From positions 251,772-315,771 of the forward strand of contig NW_003314340.1 in the NCBI RefSeq assembly GCF_000143415.4: a stretch of DNA of 64,000 bases, in the 5' to 3' direction. Below the pieces are notes generated by a model. It made no database searches. It was not told the DNA's origin and worked only from the letters and a program-made list of their open reading frames with translations. Numbering within the stretch: the stretch's first letter is position 1; every line of letters starts with the position of its first letter. Source of the stretch: Selaginella moellendorffii. Taxonomy: Eukaryota > Plantae > Lycopodiophyta. Below, one piece after another: positions 1 to 11,840 of the stretch. The translations under genes were made by a program, and so were the position numbers.

Positions 1-399
1 TTTTTGTTTCATTTCTATTTTTTCTCTTTTTTTCCTCATTTTTTCTTCTTTATTTTTCCAAGTGTCTAGTTTGCATTTAACATTTATCTTATTGGGTTTT
101 TCCCTCTAGTATTAAATTTTACACTACATTTCTCTTTATTTCTTTGTTTCTATTTCTCTTCTTTTCTTTTGGTTTTTTATTTTATTTTTCTTTCTTTGTT
201 TGCATTTTTCTCTTTTGGGCATTTGAACAACATGATTTTTACAACTAGGCTGTGGGTTCTCTTTTCCCTAGAGCTTACTCACTCAATTGTTGTTGGTCAC
301 TTGTTGGGATGCAAAATATAGCTTAAAGCACTTAAAATAATTTTAATTCCTAAAATATCCTTATCTCTTTGTATAAAAGCCTAATGAGTGAATAACATT

Positions 400-1227
400 T
401 ATGATATTTAGGGCATTTGGTTGTGCAATGAAGGTGATGAAAGTTTGAGTTAGAAAGGTTAGGAAATAGCATTTATCTCCTAATAGTCAAAGTGCTTGAA
501 GAGTGGCAGCATAACATTTCAAGGTATACATAGATAATGTGGGACTGAAACACTTATTGTCACAACCTAACATTTGGGGAAAATAAGGTTGGTGGGGTAA
601 TGCTTTAATTAAGTTTGATTGCATAAGTTAGAGAAGATCAATATTGTGGCAAATACTATAATTTGGAAAGCAAGTCTGGAGTTGATGGTATCTAACACAA
701 TAACAACCTTCTAAAATAATATGTGGATAGTGTATAAGGACAATGAATCAACATAGAAGGTGTTGCTAAGGAAAAATGCGACATGAAACATTCTTTATTA
801 AGACAATTTGCCTAATAAAGAGAAAGTAGGTTATATAAAATGTAATGGATTCATTTATTATAAAAAAATGAGGGTGCATATTCCAAAAGAGGAAATAAGG
901 AAATTAACATTAAAAAAATGTCATAACAGGCTTCTTAAGGGATATAATAAAGTACCCAAGACTATAGGTTTGCTCAAGAGAAGTATCATTGATTGAATAT
1001 AAATAAAAATATACAAAACTATGTAAATACATGCCAAATATATTAGTAGTGAAAGTTATGACTAAAACTAGTGGGGTTTATAACAAAACCTCCCAATCCT
1101 TGATCATTCGTAGAAACTTTTTATAATGAACTTTATCACAAGATTCCCCCCAAGCAAGGGTTGTGAAATGGTTTTTGAAAATGACATAATTTATACCCAC
1201 AAAAAAAGTGAATGCAAAAGGTATGGT
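400..1227 (+). pseudogene. Highly degenerate, AT-rich Ty3/gypsy pol remnant (RNase H to integrase), left part; outermost layer of the nest
   Basis: ORF 808-996 resembles the integrase zinc-finger linker (IPKEEIRKLTLKKCHN). Reading ...AKGMV at 1227 continues as KLFFEQ after 43802. Left boundary approximate. Confidence 0.55.
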
Positions 1228-1424
1228 TGTGAGTGTTTGGAATGTGAATGTGAGTGATTGGAATATGGAAAAGAAATACAGAAAATGTGCATATCAATTA
1301 GCCCAAAAACCCTAGCTTATATACATGAGCGAGTGGTCCGAATTGAAACCAATTTGACGGCTACCAAAACCCCACTACATTAATATTAGTATACGGCATC
1401 ATAACTGTACACTTGGCCCTCACA
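1228..1424 (-). repeat. 3' LTR of the outer gypsy element, with an imperfect 21-bp terminal duplication
   Basis: Aligns by eye with 43427-43798 once the Cassandra insertion is removed. TG...CA ends. Confidence 0.8.
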
Positions 1425-1642
1425 TCATCCCCTTTTCTCAGAATAATGGAAGACCATCAGAGTTCTCTTATAGACAGGCCGAGATCTAAAGGAACGTTAG
1501 GAGGAGGTATTGGTGGATCTATAGGTGGTATTAACTACTTATGATCCCTTTGTATGAAGCGTTTCAACCACTACACATGCACAATCTCCAAAGGATCGGC
1601 CTGCTGGATGTTATGCCGAACCTCATAAATTTGTGGTCCAAC

Positions 1643-2990
1643 TTACCGCAACACCCGATATGGTCCTTTCCACTGTGCAAGGAGCCCCTTAGATAAACCA
1701 TGTTTCGTAAGATGGGGAAAATAGACTAACACCAAATCATCCACTTTGTACTCTGCAAGTGGACGATGATGGGAGTTATAACGCTGTTGTTGTCCCACTT
1801 GTATGCGGCCTAAGTGTTTTGTAGACTCAGCTTGAACAAGTAGAAGAATGCTCGTCAAATATTGATCCCATGATCTAGCATCGGCAGCTCGTAGCAATCG
1901 TGAAGGTAAACCCAGCTCCATTAATAATATTGGATCATGATCATATAGAAGTTATATGGTGAAGCACCAATAAAACTCTACACCCCTGTGATATATGCAT
2001 ACCAAAGAGACGGCAAATAACCATCCCAATCCAAATGTTGAAAGTTCATATATTTCACAATCATCCTTTTGAATGTCCAAACGAGCCGCTCTACCAGATC
2101 ATTTGATTGTGAATGATAAGCACTCGTGAAAGTGTGGCGTATCCCCAACCGAGACATCAAAACATGAAATGCCTCAGCCATAAATGTGGGACCATTATCC
2201 GAAAGAATCTGCTCTGGACAAGAATGCAGAAACACCACTCGATTGAGGAGGAAGTACCCAACAATAGTTGCAGAGTCGCTAATAAGAGCAGCAACTTCCA
2301 CCCAACGAGTTAAGTAGTCAAAAGCAATAATAACATACTCATTGCTAGTAGTTAACCATGGAAAAGGTCCCATAAGATCAAACGCCACCAACTCAAATGG
2401 AAGGGAAATGGCAATTGACTCCAACCATCCTTTTGCAACACGAGGGGGAATATTACAAGCTTGGCACCAAATGTAACTACGCAAATACCGGATAATATCA
2501 CGTCGCATCTCTGGCCAATATAAAGATCTGTGCAGCTTCTCGGTTACACGACAATGTCCCATATGCCCACCGAGAACAGGAAAATCATGGTAGGCATGGA
2601 GAAGCCGCGGAATAAAGACAGAAGGCACCACCAACCATAAATGATCATCAGGATCTATCCCAAAAAAATAAAAAAGGCTGTTTTCAAGGTGATATTGAGA
2701 ATGTAAATGCCAAAATGGCAAGTCATCAGCAAGTCATCAGCAAGTGATGCAGGATTCTCAAATCCATCTCGAAGCCTTCGAATCCATGGCTCAATCTTTT
2801 GAGCCTTGCGAACCTCATCAAGAGAAGGTAGATCTTTCTTTGCACCTTGTGGACACTAAATATCAAGTACAGCAACTACCGATGGCATAGAATCCTTGTC
2901 TAGAAAATCCACAGATGCTAGACCAATAGACTTGTCAGAAATACGATAAGAGAGTGGAGAAGGAAGAGGAGCTCGAGAAAGGGCATTAGC
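1643..2990 (-). pseudogene. Ty3/gypsy integrase, frameshifted and with stops
   Basis: ANALSR at the RNase H end, HHCC region (HDFPVLGGHMG...WCQ), core motifs FDLMGPFP, SDNGPTF and SAYHSQSNDLVER, and GPY motif WKGPYRV. Confidence 0.9.
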
Positions 2991-3324
2991 ATGTAAGCGA
3001 CTAAATTTTCCATTCTACTTTAGTCACTTAACCACACCTCTGACCACTTGGAGGAGTCTCACTCACAACCTCTATAAGTCCTATTTCGGACTTGGGCTTG
3101 CTAGCCCCGAGAATGGCATCCCTGCCACTCAACCTTTGCACTTGGTCCAAGTGCTCCACGTGTCCGATCCCATGACCAACACCCCAAAGTACTATTGACA
3201 TATCAGCCTGTTATGCTAAGGCCATGCCCCTTCATCTTGGTCACACTGGTGGTCTAACACCACCTGCATCACAATCCCGTCTCTCAAGGACTGGGCCATC
3301 CATCCATGAGTGATCATCCCAGAT

Positions 3325-4236
3325 TGTCACGAATGTGACTTTGGGTATCGAAAGATACTTGTCGGCCAGTCCTTACGGGCACTCTTTCCTTACTACCACG
3401 ACGGCAGGAGGTCGGTACTGTTGGTCCCTTTTATAGTCTCCACTCAAGCTAGTTGAGAAACTGGTCATCGCATGTGCACTTGACCAGATGAGCATAAGGA
3501 CGGAATTCCTACATGCTATTTGTCAAGCATACTTGACTTGGTTAGAGAAACTCATTCGCTGACTTGCACTTGCTAGTGTTGGGAACCCCCGTGATATTGA
3601 GACTAGTCCCTCAATATTCGATTGATGATAGCTTACCGTGTCTGCCAAACACCCTCGCTATCATGCCCTTAGTGTTGGTCTCATTTCGGTCCCATATACT
3701 ATTTATGGAAAGTGTCTAGATTCGCTCATTTGGCATATCTACAGAATGTAGAGATCAGCCTGAACACAATGGTGTTCGTCCCGTGTCCAAATTCGCAATC
3801 TAAGGCCATTCCATATTTAGTAAGTTTCGGACTTGTCCCAGAGACTAACTCCTGGTACTAAGGGAGGCTTGGGGTGAAATCCCAAAGCGTGTGTCCCTCA
3901 AGGGGGGGGGGGGGGGGTTCTAAATGTATAGTAGGGATAGTGGTTGGAATGCATGTCCGACCACCTGAGACATTAGTTTGGCTCCCGTTGGGCTGTGTCG
4001 CTCTTTGTTCTGCGTCCGGCTTGGGTCTAAGCCCAAGCTCCACGCTGCTCTAGTCGGTGGAGTACCCTCCTCCTCACGTTGGGCCATCGGTATGCCAAAA
4101 TTGTGCCAGACTTCGTCTGACACCATTTTGTGTGCAGGTGCTGGATACGGGGAGCTGGTGCTCGTGGGATTGTACCGGACCCTCGTTTCGTAGTGCAACG
4201 GGCTTGGAGTTCGGCTCCAAATTCAGGTGTGCTACA
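3325..4236 (+). repeat. 5' LTR (912 bp)
   Basis: TGTCACGAATG...GTGCTACA, followed by the PBS. Direct repeat of 34410-35225. Confidence 0.93.
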
Positions 4237-4409
4237 TTTGGTATCAGAGGAATTGTCTTAGCGATTTCTATCCAACTTTTGTCAGATTTTCTGACTCAAG
4301 TTGCATACACAGAGACTTTTCTAGTAGATCCGAAGCGACCTGTGTAGGATTAGTTGGATAGCACCATTCGGTAAGAACGTTGTATGCATGTTCAGTTACT
4401 GATAGAGGC

Positions 4410-5112
4410 ATGCATGCAGCTAGCAGGATGGTGAAGAGGAACCGTGCTGATGACGCTGAAACCTCTAGACGGGCGAATCGAGAGGACGAAACTCCTGCTA
4501 GAGATGCTGTGGAAGGGGCTGAGGCCGAGTCGGAAGAGGATGAGCCAAATGCTGCAGCACTGCAGCGCACGGCTCATGAAGTCAAGATCGAGAATTTGCG
4601 AAAGGAGATTCGCAAATTGAAGAAGGAGAACAAGAAGAGGAAGAAAGAAGCTGAGGCAGCTAAACCAGCCAAGCCTAAGCAACCGGACTCCTCCTCTAGT
4701 TCTGAGGACGATGAAGTTCTGTAGCCACCCCCGGTTGCACGAGTTTCAAAGTTCAAGCCTCCAAAACCATCCAACTTCAGAGGCATGTGGGACTATCAAG
4801 TTTTGGAAGACTGGGTCTACGATATGGAAAACTATTTCATAGCAGCAGACGTAGATGATCGTACGAAAGTTGCGTGCGCGCAATCCTTTCTCACCGATCA
4901 TGCCAAAACTTGGTGGTGCCAGGTGTGTGCTGAAAAAGGGCAGACTAGAAGTTGGACCAAGATGCGGTCTCGTATCCGTAAGGAATACTTGCCGGATAAT
5001 CTTGGTCTGAGACTTTGCGCAAAGCTGCGGCGGTTAAGGACCTTATGCATTACGTTAATGCGTTTGCTCAGAAGCGCATTATGATTGCAAATATGAGTGA
5101 CGAAGATGCTCG
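4410..5112 (+). pseudogene. gag N-terminal part (in-frame stop at 4722-4724, frameshift near 5040), interrupted by the DNA transposon
   Basis: KPPKPSNFRG..DYQVLEDWVYDMENYF...AKTWW retrotransposon gag motif. Rejoined to 30944 it reads [14 protein letters not shown]. Confidence 0.85.
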
Positions 5113-6030
5113 AAGCTCTATTTCGTTAAAGTGGGAATTGTCATTATCCCACTTGTAAAATAAGGTTTCCAAACCTTTATATAGTATATAAATATAACAA
5201 AATTCAATTGCATTGAGGCACATGCCATTTTATTTTAAACAAGGAAATGTCTACTCAATCACTTCTCCTCCCCTTGCCACTGCTTCACCTCTCTCTTCTC
5301 CTTGTCATCGTCGTCCAATTTCTTTCCATCCTTTTAATATTAAGCTCTATTTCGTTAAAGTGGGATTTATTCAGTAAAATGGGACTAGGTACAAATTTTC
5401 AAGTATTTGAAAATGACGTGAAATTATATGTTTTTTGTCTAGGGGCTAGACATATCTGGGGCATGGTGACTAGCGCGGTGACTTTGTGTCCAGACTGAGT
5501 CCATCTGGTTGTATAATAAATCTCATTGTCAAGGTGAACAAGCCGAATCTGAAGCTAAAGAAGAGCGATGGCATGCGCGCACACACTATTTGTTTGTTCA
5601 TTGAGCGTGTGGTGAGCTTTCCAAGATGAACGTCATTCCTATTAGCCAGACATATAACTTAATGGTGAGAACATTTAGATATTATTCAATGTTATCTTTT
5701 TCTAACGAATCTAATTGTGAAGGTGTAGCAAGAGGCATTGCTAGTCTGGAGAAGTCATTTAACTCATTTGACCCTTAGTGTATTTTCATGAAACTAAATA
5801 ACATTCATATTATTAAGGAATTTCTCTAGTACCTTTTTTTTACGACATAGAGGCTTGCATTTCTTTCAAAGGTGATTTAGTAAAAGGCCTGAGGGCACAT
5901 GCCATTCTATTTCTCAGACCGGTATTAAGATATACTAGTGCAAAGGGCCACATGCCATCACGCCTCCTCTGATTCAGATTCGGATTGTTCACCTTGAAAT
6001 AAAATACATTAGAAACTTAGTAAAGGAATA

Positions 6031-9000
6031 TTAATGAATCTCACCTTGAACCCGGGTTATGAATGCTCTTGCTGCATCTCTTGCATGGTCTGGCAAGGTG
6101 ATGGTGGCACTCTGCTTCCGCATCCAACCATGCACAACATTATCCACCGATATGCTCATGCTGGGATCCCTTGGATTCAGCACCCATCTTTTTTCTAGGC
6201 AATCCTTCGTATATCCGGAACTTGGCTTGAACCACTCCACAGTTACATTGAAGGAGTTAGTTTCCGCGTCCTCCTCTGCATCAGTGATGCAGCGCCCCAC
6301 CCATATCATTTGTTTTTTATTACTGGGTCTGACAAGCACGACCATTCCTTTGCAGACCTGTACTGGATTGAATGCTGAATCTGGCTTCTTGTTCCTCGGC
6401 CCACAATAGTGATCCTCAACATCGTTATCTGTCACTGCATTTCCAGAGGACATTGTTCCGGTACTATCTGGTGCTCTGGGTTCTGGCCAAAAGGACTCTT
6501 CCAATTCTTCATATACAACCGGCCCATTTTGGATAGCAGATATAATCTTCTCCCAGTATTCGAGCAAAGGCTTGCACCTCTTAAAATAGGATTCTCCACC
6601 AAACACCAACCCCCTCTTCCAGAAGGCAATATGCTGTCTAATCCCGGCCACTATACTTTCCTGGTCTTTGAGTCCATCCGGGTGCATCGGCCGTGGGGAA
6701 CCTTGAGGAATCATAGGTTCCCCAGTTATGGGATCTCTCTTGAAGAGTTCAATGCCTTCCACTGGCAGCCACACTGTGTCCCATTCTCTCATCTTGTACC
6801 TCATCACTGGAGCACCGTCACGCATGCTGAAATGAAACTGAAGAGGCTTGGAGTGGCCAATCAGCGTTTCGGATCCGTCCCTGATGTAGCCTCTTACAAA
6901 CCCCTTAAAGTCTGGAACCTCTGTCACAAGTGCAGCTTCAACAGTGCCTTTGATGCAATTTTGGAATTCATCGTAGAGTTGTGGGAGGGTGAGGACATTG
7001 GATCGCCGGAGGGACTCTGCCAGGTGACTGAACATGGCATCGACGTCTTCATGAGTGTGCCCAACCATGAGAAAGCCAAGTGTAACCGTTTCAAATATGC
7101 CTTTGGCAACAAGCATCACCAAGTACGCGAAGACGTACATGTTTTTGTTCTCACTGCCAGCATTGTCTGTTTGGAGCAGAAGATGGGGTGGAAGGCCACA
7201 TCGGCCGCAAGAACTTCCTTGAGATTCTGCTTCGTTTGGATGAGGCTGTGCATTCACTGGGCGACCAGCCTCGTCGGAATGGCATGAGGCCTCACGTGAT
7301 AACCCTACAATCTGACGGCCAACATATTCACTGGGATGGCATGGGGCCCCACGCGATACTGCAAGCCTTTGCTCCTCCTCCAGCTGAACCCTGTATGGGG
7401 TTCGATCGACAAGGGCCTTATGCAAGGGTTGGCCGTTCAGCTCAGTCTGCGCACTTTGCAGAGACCTTAAGTGTTTTGCTAGGGACGCAATCATCATGTT
7501 TGCACCCCCGCCACCCCATAGAGGTACAAAGAAGTTCCCATAGTTCTGGGCACCATGCCCATGAGCGATTATGCCAAACAGAGACACAGGCAGCTGCATG
7601 GATGAAGAGATTGCCTTGGGGGCAGGATTGAGTCGAGGTAAGCACGTCTTTTTCTGGTCCATTTTGTCGTGGATGATGCAGAGGTAAGAGTCAGGTCTCT
7701 CCATGGAGAGAATCCTGTTATGATAATATGCAGTCCTGCAGCTTCTCTGCTCGATGTTGTGGTCGAGCCGCCTTCTAACCAACGTCTCTCGCTCTTGAGC
7801 GCTGCAAGAATTCTTCGACAAAGCCATTTTGATAGCAGTGCACTCGTCACACTTTGAAAAGCTGGAGTACTTTCTTATACTCACATCCCTGAACCTGTTG
7901 CTCCACAATCTACTAAATCTAGATTGGCTCAGCTTCCTGTAGCCATTACTCTGGAGTTCCCGATTCACATCTTCCAATATGGCCCCCTTAGTATACATGG
8001 AAGGGAGAACTCGTTGGGTGTCTCGTGTTCCATCTTCCAAGAGGCGGGTTTTATGTGGTTGCTGCTCGCTACATGTCTCGACAAACCTCTTGAAGATTGC
8101 CTCTCCATATACAACATGACCCCTAGTTTTGTGCGTACCGTCGTTCCCATGGACTGCCTGTTGAACCCTTTGTTCCTCGAACTCAGTTTTGATTCTGTAG
8201 AATGTGGTTCGAGGGACTCCATAAATGATTCTCCATGCCTTCATGCAGACCAAACCCCTCTGGAAGACCATGCCCCCCACCTGATGTTCTGAAGCATCAA
8301 CAGATGACCGTAATGCCTCATACACAAAATTGCGAGCTGCCTTCCAGGACAATGTCTTGTATCTTGCTCTCTCCTCTTCAATAGCATCCCAATCAGCATG
8401 TTGACAGCACCTCCTCTTGCAACAAGCAACTGTCGAGACCATTCGAACCTCCATCGCCATTTTCTGCCTTTTCGGTTCGTTGCTCAGATCCCTTTGGCTG
8501 CGCTGTAGGAAGGTGTACTTTCTTTTCCTATAAAGAGATGTTCTGTCATCAGTTGTAGTGGTGTTTGATTGTGAATCCTTCACATTCTCAAACACTAAAT
8601 GCCTCAATTTCCACCGCACAATGCTTCCAATAGTCAGACTGTTTTCTTCTGTGTCAACAACCTCTAAAATTGCAACTCCAATATCATCCCAGCCCAATTC
8701 TTGATTAGTAACCGCATCTCTTGGATCGACAACTGTGGCTAAGCCCTCAGCTACCACCTCCCTCTCGGGGTTGTTTAGAAACACCTTTGCCTGAATCCAT
8801 GTAGCACGGTTCTTAAGATCCACGGAGGGAACATGCGTCGCACTTGCGCTGTCCCTAACATTTGCTTTCTTCTGCAGATTTTTCAAGGCAACAACAACAT
8901 TTACCCCGACGACCATCTCTCCTCGTTCAATAGCGACCACATTCCCATCGAAGACAGTCTCTACTGATACAGTAGCATTGCCTTCCCCAAGCCTTTGACA

Positions 9001-9099
9001 GTGTATAACAAAGTTCCGATCCATAGACACAAGGGTCCCTTTTGCAACTCTCTTCCCACCATTCAAAATGTAAACCTTTTCCCCAACCTTGAAGGCCAT
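6031..9099 (-). CDS. Sola-like DDD transposase, 1022 aa, intact ORF (copy A)
   Basis: KCDEC, then IIHDKMDQKKT, LLQTDNAGSENKN and FLMVGHTHEDVDAMFS, matching the Sola-type D..D..GH..D layout. Lies inside TIRs with a 4-bp TSD. Probable 5'-UTR intron at 9101-9401. Confidence 0.8.
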   Translation of the reverse strand: MAFKVGEKVYILNGGKRVAKGTLVSMDRNFVIHCQRLGEGNATVSVETVFDGNVVAIERGEMVVGVNVVVALKNLQKKANVRDSASATHVPSVDLKNRATWIQAKVFLNNPEREVVAEGLATVVDPRDAVTNQELGWDDIGVAILEVVDTEENSLTIGSIVRWKLRHLVFENVKDSQSNTTTTDDRTSLYRKRKYTFLQRSQRDLSNEPKRQKMAMEVRMVSTVACCKRRCCQHADWDAIEEERARYKTLSWKAARNFVYEALRSSVDASEHQVGGMVFQRGLVCMKAWRIIYGVPRTTFYRIKTEFEEQRVQQAVHGNDGTHKTRGHVVYGEAIFKRFVETCSEQQPHKTRLLEDGTRDTQRVLPSMYTKGAILEDVNRELQSNGYRKLSQSRFSRLWSNRFRDVSIRKYSSFSKCDECTAIKMALSKNSCSAQERETLVRRRLDHNIEQRSCRTAYYHNRILSMERPDSYLCIIHDKMDQKKTCLPRLNPAPKAISSSMQLPVSLFGIIAHGHGAQNYGNFFVPLWGGGGANMMIASLAKHLRSLQSAQTELNGQPLHKALVDRTPYRVQLEEEQRLAVSRGAPCHPSEYVGRQIVGLSREASCHSDEAGRPVNAQPHPNEAESQGSSCGRCGLPPHLLLQTDNAGSENKNMYVFAYLVMLVAKGIFETVTLGFLMVGHTHEDVDAMFSHLAESLRRSNVLTLPQLYDEFQNCIKGTVEAALVTEVPDFKGFVRGYIRDGSETLIGHSKPLQFHFSMRDGAPVMRYKMREWDTVWLPVEGIELFKRDPITGEPMIPQGSPRPMHPDGLKDQESIVAGIRQHIAFWKRGLVFGGESYFKRCKPLLEYWEKIISAIQNGPVVYEELEESFWPEPRAPDSTGTMSSGNAVTDNDVEDHYCGPRNKKPDSAFNPVQVCKGMVVLVRPSNKKQMIWVGRCITDAEEDAETNSFNVTVEWFKPSSGYTKDCLEKRWVLNPRDPSMSISVDNVVHGWMRKQSATITLPDHARDAARAFITRVQGEIH

Positions 9100-9457
9100 T
9101 CTGAAAGTGCAGAAAAGAAGTTAAGACCATACAAAAAATGATTGGAGAATGGCCTAAATCATAACATACCAAATAGCATGAGGCCACATGCCATTATTCA
9201 AACATGCTATTGACACCCACGTGAAATTTCACATTCACAAAATTGGCATGAGGCCTCATGCCATCTTGATATACACACAGCTGCAAGCAAGTAAAAACAT
9301 ACATGACAATACGCTAGCCATGAAATTGCAAGGGCCCAAGATGGCATGTGGCCTCATGCCATTTCTAAATGTGGTCCTAAACCATTCCATGGTGAACATA
9401 CCAGGAAGCACAAGTGCCGAATATCAAGAGGAAGCGGTAGCCACACCAAAGACAGTG

Positions 9458-10907
9458 TGTAAGCCAAAAAATTTTCCTTTTCAATTTGCCAGCTTACCTC
9501 GCCTATCCGACCAACTCTGCCTTGGCTTGTGCTAAGTTCCCTCGCCAAGGTTCTCGCCTATGGTGCCAGCTCCTACTTGGTTTCAGCTACTTACTGCACG
9601 AGCAACGGAGTGTTAGCCATCCATCTACGGATTCCCAAATCTCTCCCAATCCCCCTCCCCGGGTTAGACTGGACTTAAGGTTCGGCCACACTCCCCGCAG
9701 GCACAAGCAGCCAAGCACACCAAGCCTCCAGATTCCTAACACCCCAAGGTACCACAAGGCTTGATCATGGGACCCTCTAAATCCCAAGCCTTGGGTGCAG
9801 CACTTGCTTCGGGACGTCGGGGCGAAACACCGTGGCCTAACGGCCCGGTATTGGTACCTCTCGCCCCCCCACTTCCATCCCGAAGGGAAGGCCCAAGGCC
9901 CCGGAAGGGCGAGGACCAATGAGCCACAAGGTACTCAAGTGGGGCACCACTCCACCTGAGCCGGGAGCACCGCTGTCGGTTTCCCTTTCGGGAGTGGGAG
10001 CTGCTCTTGAGCACTTCCTTGGATGGCCCCTCCGGCACCAGCCAAGTCCATGCTCACTCCCACCCAAGGCCCCTCGGTCCTAGTCCCAACCTCAAGTCGG
10101 TTTGGAAGCCCAACTGGAGAGTCCCTTCTAAACTGGTTCCTAGACCTCACTATCCCTACTATACTTTTTGAACCCCCTGCAGCCCCCCCCCCCTGGGAGA
10201 CGCACGCTTTGGGCTTTCACCCCTTGACCCGTATTAGTATTTGGACTTAGTCTCTGGCTCGATCCTCGACTTGGTCCCATCCGATGAACTCTTTGTCATT
10301 TCGGTCAAGCTTTTGGGGATCCTTTAGCCTACGACTTCCCGAGAGGTCACCCAGTCCAGTACTATTCAAACCCAAGGACACTTAACCCCAAATATCCCAA
10401 GACCCTTAACCGATTGGAAAAGGGGGTGCACTCTTGTTCATGGGCCCTTTCCCTCTATATTTGAACCCCATGGATCGTCTCTCAAGTCGTTCCCTTTGGT
10501 TACTTACAATCCACCACGCTTCCCTGCAAGTTCATGCCCTCGTGAACGGAAGCTGAGAGCCGCAGCTCTCCCGAGAGCCCCGCTCTCTTGACACCCTACC
10601 CCTCGGGTCGAGCCCAGCGGGAACAAACTGGACTAGCTAGATGTCAATCAACATGTGGTGTGATTCCCTTAGCCAACCAACAGAGTCGGACCCAAGACCG
10701 CTCTGATACCAAATGTAAGCTCCTGAGTTTGGACTTCCCGGGAGGTCACCCAGCCCAGTACTATTCAAACCCAAGGACACTTAACCCCAAATATCCCAAG
10801 ACCCTTAACCGATTGGAAAAGGGGGTGCACTCTTGTTCATGGGCCCTTTCCCTCTATATTTGAACCCCATGGATCGTCTCTCAAGTCGTTCCCTTTGGTT
10901 GCTTACA
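9458..10907. mobile_element. Composite LTR insertion: family-X LTR (9458-10332) fused to a Cassandra-type TRIM (10333-10907)
   Basis: 5-bp TSD CAGTG (9453-9457, 10908-10912). Ends TGTAAGC...GCTTACA. Absent from copy B at ~26826. Confidence 0.9.
10333..10907 (-). mobile_element. Cassandra-type TRIM with 5S-rRNA-derived LTR core
   Basis: LTRs at 10714-10907 (194 bp) and 10333-10508 (18 bp short). PBS TGGTATCAGAGC at 10700-10711 (reverse complement), purine-rich tract next to 10508, ~205-bp non-coding interior. The minus strand of 10731-10785 (GTTAAGTGTCCTTGGG...TAGTACTGGGCTGGGTGACCTCCCGGGAAGTCC) matches the plant 5S A-box to C-box region. Confidence 0.88.
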
Positions 10908-11840
10908 CAGTGCCGCTCGCAACATCGCAACTACTCGTAGCGCCGCTCGCAACACCGCATCTGCTCGTAGCGCCGCTCGCACAAACTGCCACTCGCATAA
11001 ACTGCCGCTCGCAATGGCGCTTGCAATGCCGCAACCGCTTGTAGACGCATAAACCACAGCTCACAACGCCGCTTACACAAGCAGCGCTCACTGCGCTCAG
11101 CGGAACCAAGAACACGGCGCACAAAAATGATAGACCTAGGAATGAGTTCGAGAATTCAAAAATAACACACGCTTGAACGTCACATCAAATCCTCTGACAA
11201 ACCAGATCTTATGATTCCTCTGACAAATTTCAAACTGAGTAGCTTCTAGACTTTGCTGTCGGAGGTTGAACTTTGTCACATCATGTCCTTGCCTCGATCC
11301 AGCTGTGCCATGTCAGTGATTCGAACTTTGCCATGCCATGTCAGCGATCCGCGCCAAGATTATTCGCCGTGTAAAGGAATAATTATGCTGTGTGTGTATG
11401 TCCATTTATGGCAATATAAGGCCACATGCCATTCAAAGAATAATGCTAGTCGAGCATCTTTTAGTGCATTTTTGGGTTCAAAATTGCATGAGCCCACACG
11501 CTATAAAGTTTACCTGTACCAAAAATAGAAACAGCTTTATTTACTTGGGAATTTATATGGTTGAGGCATTTTTAAACTTACAAACACATGCCCTACTTAC
11601 ATTCCTTTGGTTGCTTAAAATTCAAAAATATTATAAACCTTTCTTTTTGCATTTTCAATGTTTTCAATTATGGTTTTTGATTTTCGCAGGACTAGCCTAG
11701 TAATCTATTTGCATCCCGTCATGTTTATAGCTAGCTTTCGTTTGTCCCCTTCGCTAGCCTGAGATACATCTGCTCGGCATCTGCCTCTTACAGCATTTGC
11801 CCAGAAAGGGCATCTTTCTTCACGCAGCATTTGCCACATG

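Noticed and set aside
10731-10785. Functional 5S rRNA gene
   Set aside because: Only ~55 nt of the internal promoter region is present, diverged and embedded in an LTR.
10903-11124. Cys-rich small protein (CASGATSSCGVASG repeats)
   Set aside because: It is the translation of a 30-bp tandem repeat with a non-ATG start in the presumed transposase leader.
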